Notes: generated by a model from the letters alone, not told the origin. A stretch of DNA of 64,000 bases from Candidatus Latescibacterota bacterium (GCA_965208835.1 OZ242358.1:3808001-3872000); one strand, 5' to 3'. Shown: positions 20,138-30,030, counted from the stretch's first letter. A program made the numbers and translations.

Positions 20138-20297
20138 CAGTCCGTTGATAAAGTCGCTCTGCAGGCGAGGCCGAGCCATTGTGGTCGAAGACAAGGCGCG
20201 CAACCGAGTCCCATCGAGCGATTCGGCGAGGGCGCGCAACGCAGTATTTCGACCGCAAGGGCCGGCCATAGCCCGGATGGGCTTTTTCAACGGGCTG
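20138..20297 (+). mobile_element. MITE family B, 160-bp copy
   Basis: TIRs CAGTCCGTTGATAAAG...CTTTTTCAACGGGCTG; near-identical to 33834-33993. Confidence 0.85.
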
Positions 20298-20867
20298 TTA
20301 CTCCGTCCAGCGCATCACGTCGTCCAGCGGCTTGCGTCTGGGTTTCGGGATCTCGCTCGGATACCCTGTATAGAAGAATCCGATGATATACTCCCGGTCC
20401 TGATCCACGCCGAGCAACTCGTAGGTTTCCTCCTGCATGGTAATGGGACCGGTACTCCATTGCATTCCAACGCCCAGCTCCCACGCCGCGAGCTGCACAT
20501 TCTGCATGGCGCAGCAGACCGCCGCGTAGTCCTCCCGCTGCTGCTGCTCATCTCCTTCCTGAACGCAGGATACGGCGACGATTGTGGGTTTGGACATGAA
20601 CTTGTCGTAACCCGCCTGCCACAGCTTCCTGCGGCTTTCGCCGTCGGCACGGTCTGACGCCTTGCCTTCCTGGATGTCCGCATATCGCTGCCCCAGCGTC
20701 TCTTTCGTGCGCTCCCCCAGAACGACAAACCGCCACGGCTCCGTGACGTGGTGATTCGGCGCCCACACGCCGAACTCGAAAATGCGTTTCAGCATCTCGC
20801 CGGAAACGGGCCTTGAGTTGAATTTAAAAATCGTCCTCCGCGCTTTCAGCACATCCAGAACATCCAT
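20298..20867 (-). CDS. Nitroreductase family (YdjA-like)
   Basis: RRTI.KF, WAPNHH.TEPWRF, QNVQLAAWELGVG..WSTG. Confidence 0.9.
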   Translation of the reverse strand: MDVLDVLKARRTIFKFNSRPVSGEMLKRIFEFGVWAPNHHVTEPWRFVVLGERTKETLGQRYADIQEGKASDRADGESRRKLWQAGYDKFMSKPTIVAVSCVQEGDEQQQREDYAAVCCAMQNVQLAAWELGVGMQWSTGPITMQEETYELLGVDQDREYIIGFFYTGYPSEIPKPRRKPLDDVMRWTE

Positions 20868-20944
20868 TCCGACCCTCCAGAAAATGGCGGTACACGGCAG
20901 CGACGCGGATAGCGTTCATCCCTGAGCAGCCGGTGTCTCCACTG

Positions 20945-22198
20945 TCATACCCTTTGCCCCAGCAACGCCTCCGTGACCTTCCGCACCGCACGGACAGCCG
21001 CGTTCGCCTCACCCACGGTATTGTGCTGGGTCAACCGGACGGCGCCGACGCGTTCTCCACAGGTCCTGGCGTTCGGACACGCCTCGAGCGGATACGCACC
21101 CTTCTCGAGACGGCCGGGCCGGTAGCTGTTGAACGCCGCCGGATCCCTGTGCAGCCTCCTGAAAACCTGCCATTCGACCACGTACTGCTGTGGTTTGGGG
21201 AATGCCGGTATGCCTTCCGCCGCGACCATCCGGCAAAACGCCGCCGCATTCACCCCGAGCACCTCCGGATCTACCGAAAACAGCGCCCACCAGTAGCTGG
21301 GCTTCGTCCCCGGCGGCTGCGGATGGGGCTTCACGCCCGGCAAACCGGATATCCCCCGATCGAACGTCTCGCCGAACGCCTGGCGCCTGGCGATCCACCC
21401 CGGCACCCGCTTGAGTTGCACCGATGCCAGGGCGGCGTTGACGTCGCTCAGCCGCACGTTCAAAGCCGGGAAGGCGGGCGTTGCCGGCGCACCTGGAAAC
21501 CTCGGATAGCATTTGTCGGAAAACAAATCGGCCTTTTCGGCCAACCTGCGACTTCGGGTCAGAACAAACCCGCCTTCGCCCGACTTCATGTGTTTGCTTT
21601 CGTTTGTACTCCACGCGCCAAGTTGCCCGAATGTGCCGAGATACCTGCCCTTGATGGACGCGAGATGCGCCTGCGCACAATCTTCGATCACGGTCAATCG
21701 AAGCCTGCGGGCGACCCTCATGACCGCGGGCATATCCACCGCGTATCCCCCGTTGTGTATCGGCATAATCGCCCGGGTGGACGGCGTGATTGCGGCTTCC
21801 ATCGCCCCCACGTCCATCAGAAGACCGTCCGGCTGCACGTCGGCAAAGACGGGAATCGCGTTCAGCTGGAAAATCCCCATGATACTGCCGTAGTCAGTCA
21901 GGGGGCTCAAGACGACCTCGTCCCCCGCGCCGATACCCGCTGCGGCCAAAGCCACGTGAATGGCCGCGCTCCCGGAACTCGTCGGCACGGCATATGGCAA
22001 CCCGTAGAGCTTCTGCAGACCCTCGCGATACGCCATGACGGCCTTGCCACGAGCCAGCGGCAGCGCCGGTCCATCGAGCAGCTTCTCCAGCGCGGCCAGT
22101 TCCTCCCTGAAGTGAAACGCTCCCGAACGCCATGGCTTGCTGTGTACCGGCCGTCCGCCGTCAACCGCCAGATCGGACTTCCTCGTGACCTTTGCCAA
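20945..22198 (-). CDS. DegT/DnrJ/EryC1/StrS PLP-dependent aminotransferase
   Basis: SSGSAAIH, PVFADV, IEDCAQA, STNESKHM.SGEGG; TTG start after AAGGAGG. Confidence 0.9.
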   Translation of the reverse strand: MAKVTRKSDLAVDGGRPVHSKPWRSGAFHFREELAALEKLLDGPALPLARGKAVMAYREGLQKLYGLPYAVPTSSGSAAIHVALAAAGIGAGDEVVLSPLTDYGSIMGIFQLNAIPVFADVQPDGLLMDVGAMEAAITPSTRAIMPIHNGGYAVDMPAVMRVARRLRLTVIEDCAQAHLASIKGRYLGTFGQLGAWSTNESKHMKSGEGGFVLTRSRRLAEKADLFSDKCYPRFPGAPATPAFPALNVRLSDVNAALASVQLKRVPGWIARRQAFGETFDRGISGLPGVKPHPQPPGTKPSYWWALFSVDPEVLGVNAAAFCRMVAAEGIPAFPKPQQYVVEWQVFRRLHRDPAAFNSYRPGRLEKGAYPLEACPNARTCGERVGAVRLTQHNTVGEANAAVRAVRKVTEALLGQRV

Positions 22199-22227
22199 AC
22201 GACCCTCCTTGATTGTGGTAACTCACT

Positions 22228-22256
22228 GCCGTCGGGGACGAAGACCCCCCGACGGC
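22228..22256. terminator. Intergenic hairpin
   Basis: GCCGTCGGGG-9 nt-CCCCGACGGC between co-oriented genes; no clear U-tract. Confidence 0.35.
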
Positions 22257-23362
22257 TATGTGTTTCCCGATACGGCGTGTTCTTCCAGTACATCCCGGTC
22301 GATCTCGATTCCAAGCCCCGGAGACTGTAACACCGGCACGTCCCCGTCCACTGCCTTGATCGGCTCTCTGGCGAGTTCGGTGCGGAGCCGGTTCTCGGTC
22401 ATGTCGAATTCAAATAACGAAGGAAACGGATTCAGTGTTTCGGGCGAGTCGGGGAGGGTTGCCTGCCAGTGAATCGTAGCGGCCAGGCGAATGCTGGTTC
22501 CCCACATGTGAGGCAGCACTCGCACGTGGTTGGCGCTTGCGAGCGCGGCAACTTTCCGGCACTCGGTGAATCCGCCGGCGTCGCTGATGTCCGGTTGCAC
22601 AATATCCAGCCCGCGATCCTGGATCAGGTTGCGGAACGCCCATCTTCCCTGGAGCGCCTCGCCGCCGGCAACGCGCACGCCCAACGTCTGACGGATCTCG
22701 CGGTAGCCTGCAATGTCGTCGGTTGAGATCGGTTCCTCGAACCACAGCAGATCGTTTTCCAGCAGGCGACGACCGACGTGGATCGCCGTACCGGTATCAT
22801 AGCCGCAGTTGGCATCCACCGCAAGCAGGGTCGAATCGCCGATCGCCCCTCGCACCGCGGCCGTGTTCCTGACGTCGTAGTCCACGCCGAATCCGATTTT
22901 CATCTTCACCGCCCGGAACCCCATATCCACGTACGACGCCGCCTCTTCCGCCAACGTCCGGGTCATATCGGCCTGACGCTGCAGGAACAACCCGCTGGCG
23001 TACGCGGGAATCCTCTCCCGGAACGCGCCGCCCAGGAGCCTGTAGACGGGCATTTCGAGCGTCCTGCCCACGATATCCCACAGCGCGATATCCACGGCGC
23101 TCAGCTCCGAAAAGCCCACGCCGCCCCGCAGATACAGGTCGTTCCAGATAACTTCGACGTCAAACGGATCCCGGCCCACGAGCCTCGCCCGCAATGCCGA
23201 TTCGTTCAGACTCGAGACCCCTTCGCCCCAACCCGTCACGCCCGCGTCGGTAATGACCTCCACCACACCCGCCGTCCTCGCGGTATTCCAGACAATGGAA
23301 TTCGCAAAAGGCGCCTTCAGGGGGTAACTCAGATTGTAGACTTTGATGTCGGTGATCTTCAT
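22256..23362 (-). CDS. Mandelate racemase/muconate lactonizing enzyme family (galactarolactone cycloisomerase-like)
   Basis: DIALWD, YASG, KMKIG, VDAN, WFEEP, GGE, QPD, PH.WG. Confidence 0.88.
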   Translation of the reverse strand: MKITDIKVYNLSYPLKAPFANSIVWNTARTAGVVEVITDAGVTGWGEGVSSLNESALRARLVGRDPFDVEVIWNDLYLRGGVGFSELSAVDIALWDIVGRTLEMPVYRLLGGAFRERIPAYASGLFLQRQADMTRTLAEEAASYVDMGFRAVKMKIGFGVDYDVRNTAAVRGAIGDSTLLAVDANCGYDTGTAIHVGRRLLENDLLWFEEPISTDDIAGYREIRQTLGVRVAGGEALQGRWAFRNLIQDRGLDIVQPDISDAGGFTECRKVAALASANHVRVLPHMWGTSIRLAATIHWQATLPDSPETLNPFPSLFEFDMTENRLRTELAREPIKAVDGDVPVLQSPGLGIEIDRDVLEEHAVSGNT

Positions 23363-23488
23363 TTTGCTTCACTGACCGGCTTTAAGCCGAAGCCCGCCGG
23401 CGGCTGTACTCCACCGCCTCAGGAAACGCGGCGCCGGATGTTCGGCCTCCATAACGTTTACGCACGACGGGACGCGGGCGAGGCGCCT

Positions 23489-24379
23489 CTATCCTCTCCC
23501 GGGAAACGTCAATTCGGCGACCCCGGACTTGTCCAATTCGCCCTTGCCGATTTCGATCATACGGTCGTACTGCTTTTTCGTGGCATCGGCAAGCGGCAGA
23601 TTCAAACCGGCATCATGGGCCAGGCCCAGGGCGATACCTGAATCTTTGGCGGCGTGCGCAGAGGAAAAGTAACACTCGTGGTCCCGCGCCACCATGTCCT
23701 CTCCGTCTGTTTCGAGAACGCGGGAGTTGGCGCCCGTCTGCGAGAACACCTGTTGCAACATCTCCAGATCGAGGCCCAGGGCCGCCCCAAGCCCGAGTCC
23801 CTCCGCCAGGCCTGCCGTATTTATATTCATCACCATATTGACGAGCGCCTTGACCTGAGCCGCCTGTCCGGCCTGGCCAATGTACTTTAAATCCGTGCTC
23901 ATCGAATCCAGAATCGGGCGCACGTCGTCGAACACTTCCTTCCTGCCTCCGCACATGAGATAGAGCGTGCCTTCCCGGGCCTGTGTGATACTGCTTGCCA
24001 TACACCCTTCCAGGCTTCTTGCGCCCGCCGCCTCCGCCAGCGCCTGGACGTCGACGTGTACCTGCGGGGCGATTGTAGCGCAATTGATGAAGACCCTTCC
24101 GGCTGCGTCGGAAAGCAGACTGTCGCCTTCGGTTGAAAATACCGTTCGCATCGCTTCGTCGTCGGTGACGACCGTGATAATCTGATCCGCGGCAGCAGTC
24201 ACGCACGCCAGCGAGTCGGATGCATCACAACCGAGTTCACGCGCCAATTCGGCCGCGGAATCCGATCGGACATCGTATACTGAAGTCACGATGAATCCGT
24301 CGTCCTTCAGATGCCTTGCTATATTCGCGCCCATACGCCCCACGCCCACCACGCCGATTCTGAAATCTGAAGTCTCCAT
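23489..24379 (-). CDS. NAD(P)-dependent beta-hydroxyacid dehydrogenase, atypical subfamily
   Basis: GVVGVGRMG, catalytic K in QVKALVN, AAKDS; the DAPVSGG motif is replaced by EGCMASS. Confidence 0.85.
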   Translation of the reverse strand: METSDFRIGVVGVGRMGANIARHLKDDGFIVTSVYDVRSDSAAELARELGCDASDSLACVTAAADQIITVVTDDEAMRTVFSTEGDSLLSDAAGRVFINCATIAPQVHVDVQALAEAAGARSLEGCMASSITQAREGTLYLMCGGRKEVFDDVRPILDSMSTDLKYIGQAGQAAQVKALVNMVMNINTAGLAEGLGLGAALGLDLEMLQQVFSQTGANSRVLETDGEDMVARDHECYFSSAHAAKDSGIALGLAHDAGLNLPLADATKKQYDRMIEIGKGELDKSGVAELTFPGRG

Positions 24380-24467
24380 GTTGTCCTCCGGCATACAAAG
24401 AAAGAGCGTTCAACTGCCGGCGCTCGTTCCAGCGCGGCCAGCGGTCGAACGCTCCATTCGGAACAAC

Positions 24468-24902
24468 CTACAGGCTATTGTGGAATTCCGTCCAATCGTC
24501 GAGATTGTTCAGATTTACGGCGTCCAGAATCGATCCGTCGTCGTCCACTCCGGCCGCCGACAGAATCGAGCCGCGCGTTTCGTCGTCGTGGTGATATCCC
24601 AGAATGGCCGCGTTGGAAGCGTCGATCTCGTCCTGCGGTATGCTGCCGCCGCGCTGACTCACCACCCAGTTTTCGAAGTCGATATACGTCGGCAGGTTGC
24701 TTTTTACGTAGTCAACCGCCGCATCCCGATCGACTTTCAACCCGTCGAGCACCATCTGGTCGTAACCGGCGCCGCATTCAGGATAGTCTTCCGCCAGCTG
24801 TCCCTTTGCGGAAAGCGTCAGCTTTAACCACAACCTGGGCAGGTGGATGGCGCCGAGAGGTCCCGCGACACCGGAGCTGATAAGGGGAATCGTGCCTGCC
24901 AT
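24468..24902 (-). CDS. DUF5069-like conserved hypothetical protein
   Basis: PLISSGVAGPLG.IHLPRLW.K, PTY..FE.WV, NLNNLDDW.EFH; RBS GAAGGAG. Confidence 0.7.
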   Translation of the reverse strand: MAGTIPLISSGVAGPLGAIHLPRLWLKLTLSAKGQLAEDYPECGAGYDQMVLDGLKVDRDAAVDYVKSNLPTYIDFENWVVSQRGGSIPQDEIDASNAAILGYHHDDETRGSILSAAGVDDDGSILDAVNLNNLDDWTEFHNSL

Positions 24903-25119
24903 CGTGTGTCTCCTTCTGAAGTTGGGGAGTTTGATGAGATGGAAAACGCTTCACCGATGCACCCCCGTTCACCGGCCTGATTTCCAGAATAAATGTACAG
25001 GATGCAACACCTGTCAACAGGAAAAACACCGGACGCGGGTCCTCGCCTGATCCGGTCGGGCCGGGAGGCAGCGCGTACAAACCAGGCGCGCCAGACGTGA
25101 ACCGCATTGCGAACACAGT

Positions 25120-25166
25120 ACACAGGACGGGCGGATGAGATCGTCGCTCATCCGCCCGTCCTGTGT
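25120..25166. terminator. Perfect 20-bp stem hairpin
   Basis: ACACAGGACGGGCGGATGAG-atcgtcg-CTCATCCGCCCGTCCTGTGT, just after the stop of the 25176-25847 CDS. Confidence 0.6.
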
Positions 25167-25175
25167 CCGGCATTT

Positions 25176-25847
25176 TCACGCTTCCCGGCTGTTTTCCAAT
25201 CGGTCGATTTCGTCCCGCAGCCTGCCGGCCTCTTCGTAACGTTCCTGGCGGCTGGCCTGTTCCATCTTGCGGCGGAGATCGTTGATCCGCATCTCAACCG
25301 GGTCTCCGGCATCCGCTGTCCCGCTCTTGGGAACTTCCGCGACCGTCATTACGGCCTCTTCCTTGTCCTCGACAAGCTTGGGCGGCGTCCAGGCTTCGAT
25401 CGTTTCCGGCTCCTCGGCGCCGACGCCAGGCCGGTCTTCGTGACCGGCTTCGGTGATAACAGCCTCCGATACGTAGATAGGCGCTTCGTAACGCAGCGCC
25501 AGGGCAACACAATCGCTCGGACGTGCGTCGACCCGCCAGCGCTTCGCGCCGCTTGCGAGCGCCAGCTCCGCGTAGAAGATGCCCTCTTTCAACGCCACAA
25601 TGTAGACGCCTTCTATTGTGGTGTCGAGCTGACCCAGAATGGACCGGACCAGGTCGTGAGTAAGCGGGCGCGGCGGGCGCTCGTTCGTCAGTTCGGCGTA
25701 GATGGCGCTGGCCTCCATCAGCCCGATCACGATCGGCAGCAGCACGTTTTGCTCGCTGTTGCAAAGCCAGATCATACGCGGTTGGGATACCTGTACAGGT
25801 CGCAGCGCGTTCAACGTGCGTTCAATGTCGATCCTGACTTCAACCAT
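25176..25847 (-). CDS. Bifunctional nuclease (DUF151) with C-terminal UVR domain
   Basis: LPIVIGLMEA.AI, RPLTHDL, DARPSD.VALAL; C-terminal ERYEEAGRLRDEI. Confidence 0.9.
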   Translation of the reverse strand: MVEVRIDIERTLNALRPVQVSQPRMIWLCNSEQNVLLPIVIGLMEASAIYAELTNERPPRPLTHDLVRSILGQLDTTIEGVYIVALKEGIFYAELALASGAKRWRVDARPSDCVALALRYEAPIYVSEAVITEAGHEDRPGVGAEEPETIEAWTPPKLVEDKEEAVMTVAEVPKSGTADAGDPVEMRINDLRRKMEQASRQERYEEAGRLRDEIDRLENSREA

Positions 25848-25935
25848 CTGCTTCCTCCGGCTTCTCTTTTTTCCCGGAACGCGGTCCGCAATATAAGAAA
25901 GCCGGACTCCCCGGCAAGGTTATTTTTCGTCCTAC

Positions 25936-27237
25936 TTAGACACACTGCGACGCAAACCGTTCCATCTGGCGAATACACACCGCCTCGAGCCGTTCCGCGC
26001 TCCCCGGCGCGACCCGGGACCAGGGTCCGGCAACCACCTCGTAACCACCCTCTTCGTACGCGCTGTGGATCGGGAAATACCCAACCCATCCGTTCGCGTT
26101 GCCCGTTACGAACCAGGCGCCGGCATGTTTGATTGCGAGCCCCGTCTCGACGAACACCTCCCCCGGGAGCGCGACCCAGCGCAGGCGGCCCAGCGCCATG
26201 GCCTGGACCTCGATCTGAAGCGGACCTTCCGCGAGTTTGCGCGCGAGCCGAAACGCCAGGCGGTTTTCGTAGGAAGGATTCCGCGCCGCCGCCTTTTCTG
26301 CGTCCTCCAGCGACGGACATGGCCTCGCGTCCAGCTCCAGTCTTTCCGTGTCGTAGGCCACGTCGGTGGAAGACAGCGGAGGGCCCTTTTTAAGACGGTC
26401 GATCTCTCCGAGCGTGGCTGCACCCAGCGTTCGGCCGATCCAGGACACGTCATCGAAATTGGTCGTCACGCGTATCGAGTTGACGTTCCCGCACGCGCCG
26501 TTGACGAAGAGACACGTCGTGCCGTTGAGGCGCGTTTCCACGGAAGCCGTGAGGGCGCCGGGATAATCCGCCGACACCGGCGGAAGCAGCATGGCCACGA
26601 CGGGATGCGCAGAAAAGTTCACCATCACAGCATGCGGCCTTCCGGTCAAGGCTTCGAGATAGAGTACGTTTAGCGCCTCGTCCACGGCCCAGATTCCAGC
26701 CGCCTCCTCGAGCGGCGGCAGTGCCCCGCCACGGTTCAGTGTGCCGTCTTTCAGGAGAATCCGGCGGTGCCGGGCTACGCCAGGCACCTGTGTCGCCCCA
26801 GCGTAGGCCCTGACCGCCGTCCGCTTTTCCCACGCTTCGGTTACCGTGGACGCCAGCGTCTCCAGGTGTGCCTCCAGCCAGTCCTGAATTCCCTCCGTAT
26901 CCCGGAACGGCGTCAGCCCCAACATCTCGGGCGTGGAGTGGGAATGGGTGGCAGACAGCATCACCCCTTCCGGTGCAAGGCCGGTCCGGCTGGCAATCCG
27001 AGAACGCAACTCCGCCGTAAAGTTCCGATCCGGACCCAGAATCGCGTTGTCGTATCCGACCGAGTCCACCGCCAGCACAGCAATCGACCTGCGGCCGTCG
27101 TCGAGCACCAGCGCCCTGGCGTACAGGTCGTCGTGGACACCGTCGAATGGCTCGCAGGTGCCGTTCCCGGACGACGTCAGATACGGCACCCAGGTGGGGG
27201 GCGTAACACACCGCTTTACCGCGCCTGCCATCAGCAT
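25936..27237 (-). CDS. Neutral ceramidase-like N-terminal domain hydrolase
   Basis: GVHDDLYARALVL, SATHSHS, NFSAHP, SADYPG, NGACGNVN, PGEVF, GYFP....GGYE. Confidence 0.8.
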   Translation of the reverse strand: MLMAGAVKRCVTPPTWVPYLTSSGNGTCEPFDGVHDDLYARALVLDDGRRSIAVLAVDSVGYDNAILGPDRNFTAELRSRIASRTGLAPEGVMLSATHSHSTPEMLGLTPFRDTEGIQDWLEAHLETLASTVTEAWEKRTAVRAYAGATQVPGVARHRRILLKDGTLNRGGALPPLEEAAGIWAVDEALNVLYLEALTGRPHAVMVNFSAHPVVAMLLPPVSADYPGALTASVETRLNGTTCLFVNGACGNVNSIRVTTNFDDVSWIGRTLGAATLGEIDRLKKGPPLSSTDVAYDTERLELDARPCPSLEDAEKAAARNPSYENRLAFRLARKLAEGPLQIEVQAMALGRLRWVALPGEVFVETGLAIKHAGAWFVTGNANGWVGYFPIHSAYEEGGYEVVAGPWSRVAPGSAERLEAVCIRQMERFASQCV

Positions 27238-27261
27238 TCTACATATTCCTCCATTCCCGGG

Positions 27262-27290
27262 TTGACACGGGCAGTACCCGCGGCTAAATT
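27262..27290 (+). promoter_or_regulatory. Putative sigma70 promoter
   Basis: TTGACA-17 bp-TAAATT upstream of 27321. Confidence 0.55.
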
Positions 27291-27320
27291 ACGCCCACAT
27301 CCGCCAGAAGAGGAAATCCG

Positions 27321-28145
27321 ATGAAACTCTCGCTCTCCGTTCGGGTTGCAGAAAGCTTCAGCAACAAACGTGTTGTCGACATACCGCTGCCCACGCTCGC
27401 GGCCATCGCCAGAAAAGCCGGATACGACGCGCTGTGCATGCGCGCTTCGGCTGTTGGCATACAGAGCGCTCCGGAAACGGTGGAATCTGCACGCACACTT
27501 CTTGGCCGGGAAGGCCTTGCAGTCTCAATGGTCACCGGCGACTTTGCCGTTCCCGAAAACGGCGACGACGGCCCGGGTTGCCTGCGGGACATCACGCCGT
27601 ACCTCGACCTGGCGCAGGCCCTCGGATCCGATCTGATCCGCGTCTGCATCAAGACCGAGGCCGACATCCCGTTTGCGGGAAAATCGGCCGATGAGGCCGC
27701 CGACCGGAATATCCGCCTGGCCCACCAGAGCCATACGCTCAGCCTGTTCGAGACCGTTGATGGCTCGCTGGATGTCCTTGGAAAGATAGGCAGATCCAAC
27801 TTCGGACTGATCTACGAGCCTGCCAACCTCGCCCTCTGCGGAGAAGATTACGGACCGGAGACGTTACGAAGATTTCAGCCGTACCTGTTCAATGTCTACC
27901 TGCAGAACCACGCGCCCCACCCCGATGGCGACCGGCCGATGACCACCTGGGCCAACGGCACCGTAATGTCAACCCTGCGTCCTCTGGATGCCGCGGAAGG
28001 CATCGACTTCGGCCGGGTCTTCGAAGGGCTGCGGGCCATCTCCTACAGCGGGTACGTCACGGTCCACCAGGCGTTCGGCGGACGCCTTCCCCCGGACGAA
28101 GCGGCTATCCGCTCCGCAAGATTCCTCAAGTCGTTCGCCGTCTGA
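27321..28145 (+). CDS. Sugar phosphate isomerase/epimerase (xylose isomerase-like TIM barrel)
   Basis: GYDAL, NFGLIYEPAN, G.DF..VF.GL....YSGYVTVH. Confidence 0.78.
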   Translation: MKLSLSVRVAESFSNKRVVDIPLPTLAAIARKAGYDALCMRASAVGIQSAPETVESARTLLGREGLAVSMVTGDFAVPENGDDGPGCLRDITPYLDLAQALGSDLIRVCIKTEADIPFAGKSADEAADRNIRLAHQSHTLSLFETVDGSLDVLGKIGRSNFGLIYEPANLALCGEDYGPETLRRFQPYLFNVYLQNHAPHPDGDRPMTTWANGTVMSTLRPLDAAEGIDFGRVFEGLRAISYSGYVTVHQAFGGRLPPDEAAIRSARFLKSFAV

Positions 28146-28179
28146 CAGGTTGCAGCGGGATATTGCCGCGGATGCAGTA

Positions 28180-28545
28180 TCAGGCGTCTCGCTCACGGCT
28201 GTATTCCGCGGTGATTTCGTGTTCGATCCCGCCCCTGACGTTGAACCGACCGACCACCAACATTTCCACGGGCGAACACGCCCGAACCAGGTCATCCAGA
28301 ATCCGGTTCGTCACCTCTTCGAAAAACGCTCCCGTATCGCGAAACGACCTGAGGTAGTGCTTGAGCGACTTGAGCTCCACGCATTTCGCGCACGGAATGT
28401 AACGGACGACGATCGTGGCAAAGTCGGGCTGCCCTGTAAGCGGACACAGCGACGTGAACTCCCGGCACGTAAATTCGATCGTGTACCGCCTTTCCGGGCG
28501 CGGATTCTCGAAGACCTCCAGCATTTCGCTCGCCCTATTCCGCAA
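28180..28545 (-). CDS. queF: NADPH-dependent 7-cyano-7-deazaguanine reductase, unimodular, catalytically complete
   Basis: [14 protein letters not shown] (Cys and Asp), [15 protein letters not shown]. Probable TTG start at 28545 after GGAGAGGAG (alternative ATG at 28524). Confidence 0.88.
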   Translation of the reverse strand: MRNRASEMLEVFENPRPERRYTIEFTCREFTSLCPLTGQPDFATIVVRYIPCAKCVELKSLKHYLRSFRDTGAFFEEVTNRILDDLVRACSPVEMLVVGRFNVRGGIEHEITAEYSRERDA

Positions 28546-28912
28546 TCCGGCGCTCCTCTCCGGAATCGGCTGCACCGTCGGTTGCCGTATCAACGGTCAC
28601 CGTCGCCGCAATTCCGCCCCTTACCGTGAACTCGCCGATCACCGTCATTTTCTCCGGGTTACAGGCAGCGACAAGATCGTCCAGAATCCGGTTGACGGCC
28701 GCCTCGTACGACATCGCCTGATTTCGGAACGACCCCAGATACCGCTTGAGCGACACGGTCTCGATACACGCGCCGCCCGGCACATAGCGAATGGTGACCG
28801 TGGCGAAAACCGGTTCACTCGTGACCGGTAGAACGGCCGTGAACTCGGGAAAGACAAACTCGATCGTATACGGCCTGTCCGGCTGAGGGTTTTGTGTCGT
28901 CACCAGACCCAA
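28535..28912 (-). CDS. QueF paralog lacking the catalytic Cys and Asp
   Basis: [36 protein letters not shown]; colinear with the downstream queF. Confidence 0.82.
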   Translation of the reverse strand: MGLVTTQNPQPDRPYTIEFVFPEFTAVLPVTSEPVFATVTIRYVPGGACIETVSLKRYLGSFRNQAMSYEAAVNRILDDLVAACNPEKMTVIGEFTVRGGIAATVTVDTATDGAADSGEERRIAE

Positions 28913-28980
28913 TTCAACACTCCATGGCAGCGTTCCGACCCGGCTCGCGTCCGGACATGCGGAGCCGCGCCGGCGCGAAC

Positions 28981-29982
28981 TCAGAACCTGGGTACAGCCA
29001 CCGGCTTACCCGAGCGTACCGATTCGAACAGCGCCACGCAGATTGCCGCCGTGCGGACGGATTGCTCCAGGTTCACCTGCGGCTCAGTGTCGTTTTCTAT
29101 CGCCTTTAACAGGTCTTCTATCAGCTTTCGCCGGCTGTCCCCGCCGTCGTCCGCGACCTCAAGCGGCGTCCACTTTCGGTTCTGCAGATCCGAAACCAGG
29201 CGGGCGGGCGGCGCCTGGGAGGTCAGGAACGTCTTGCGCGTGCCGTATAACTGCACATTGCGAAAGCCGGGCCGGGCCGAACCCATTGTGGTAAGCGTCT
29301 TGGCGATGCATCCGTTTTCAAAGCGGATGATACCCACCACGCAGTCGGTCACCTCCAGACCGTGCATTCCCGCGGATATGCCGTTTCCGTACGCCGCCAC
29401 CTCCGCCGCCGGCGAGTCCACAATCCACTGGATCACATCCACGGGGTGGATGCTGCCGCCGGCCGCCGCATTATAGCGCGAGCCCAGTCCGCCGCGCCAT
29501 CCCTCGCGGAACAGATCCAGGTGGTTTGATATATAGTCCGCTTCGGCGTAGAACAACTGGCCGAACGCCCGCGCCTCAACCTGGCGCTTCAACTCCTGAA
29601 ACGTCTCATCGAACCGGATCTGGCAACCATGCGACACCTTCCGTCCCGTCCGGCGCGACGTCTGCACGATTCTTTCGATATCCTCAAACGTGGTGGACAG
29701 CGGCTTCTCGACAAGCACGTGCTTCCCGGATGACAACATCGCAACGGCCGGGTCGGCGTGCAGATGGTCGGGCGTGCAGATCGAGACAACGTCGATGCCG
29801 TCCAGATCGGCCAGGGCGCGGTAATCCGTATACCGCCGCCGCACGCCCTCCTCCTCCCCGACCTGTTCCAGCAACTCCGCGTTTACGTCGCAGATCGCCG
29901 CTACCGGCGCGCCCGCTTCCCGGTAGGCGGCGATGTGCCCCCTGCCCACGCCCAATCCAATTATGGCCGCATTCAATGCCAC
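28981..29982 (-). CDS. Gfo/Idh/MocA family oxidoreductase
   Basis: IIGLGVG, CTPDHLH, HVLVEKP, GSIHPVD. Confidence 0.9.
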   Translation of the reverse strand: MALNAAIIGLGVGRGHIAAYREAGAPVAAICDVNAELLEQVGEEEGVRRRYTDYRALADLDGIDVVSICTPDHLHADPAVAMLSSGKHVLVEKPLSTTFEDIERIVQTSRRTGRKVSHGCQIRFDETFQELKRQVEARAFGQLFYAEADYISNHLDLFREGWRGGLGSRYNAAAGGSIHPVDVIQWIVDSPAAEVAAYGNGISAGMHGLEVTDCVVGIIRFENGCIAKTLTTMGSARPGFRNVQLYGTRKTFLTSQAPPARLVSDLQNRKWTPLEVADDGGDSRRKLIEDLLKAIENDTEPQVNLEQSVRTAAICVALFESVRSGKPVAVPRF

Positions 29983-30030
29983 CTGTCAGACCTCCACTGA
30001 GACGATGCTCGAGCAGATTTAACCAAGAAG

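Noticed and set aside
20124-20657. 177-aa plus-strand ORF
   Set aside because: It is MITE B plus the antisense strand of the nitroreductase.
28913-28980. preQ1 riboswitch upstream of the queF pair
   Set aside because: GC-rich hairpin only; no AGAGGTTC-type stem or A-rich tail.
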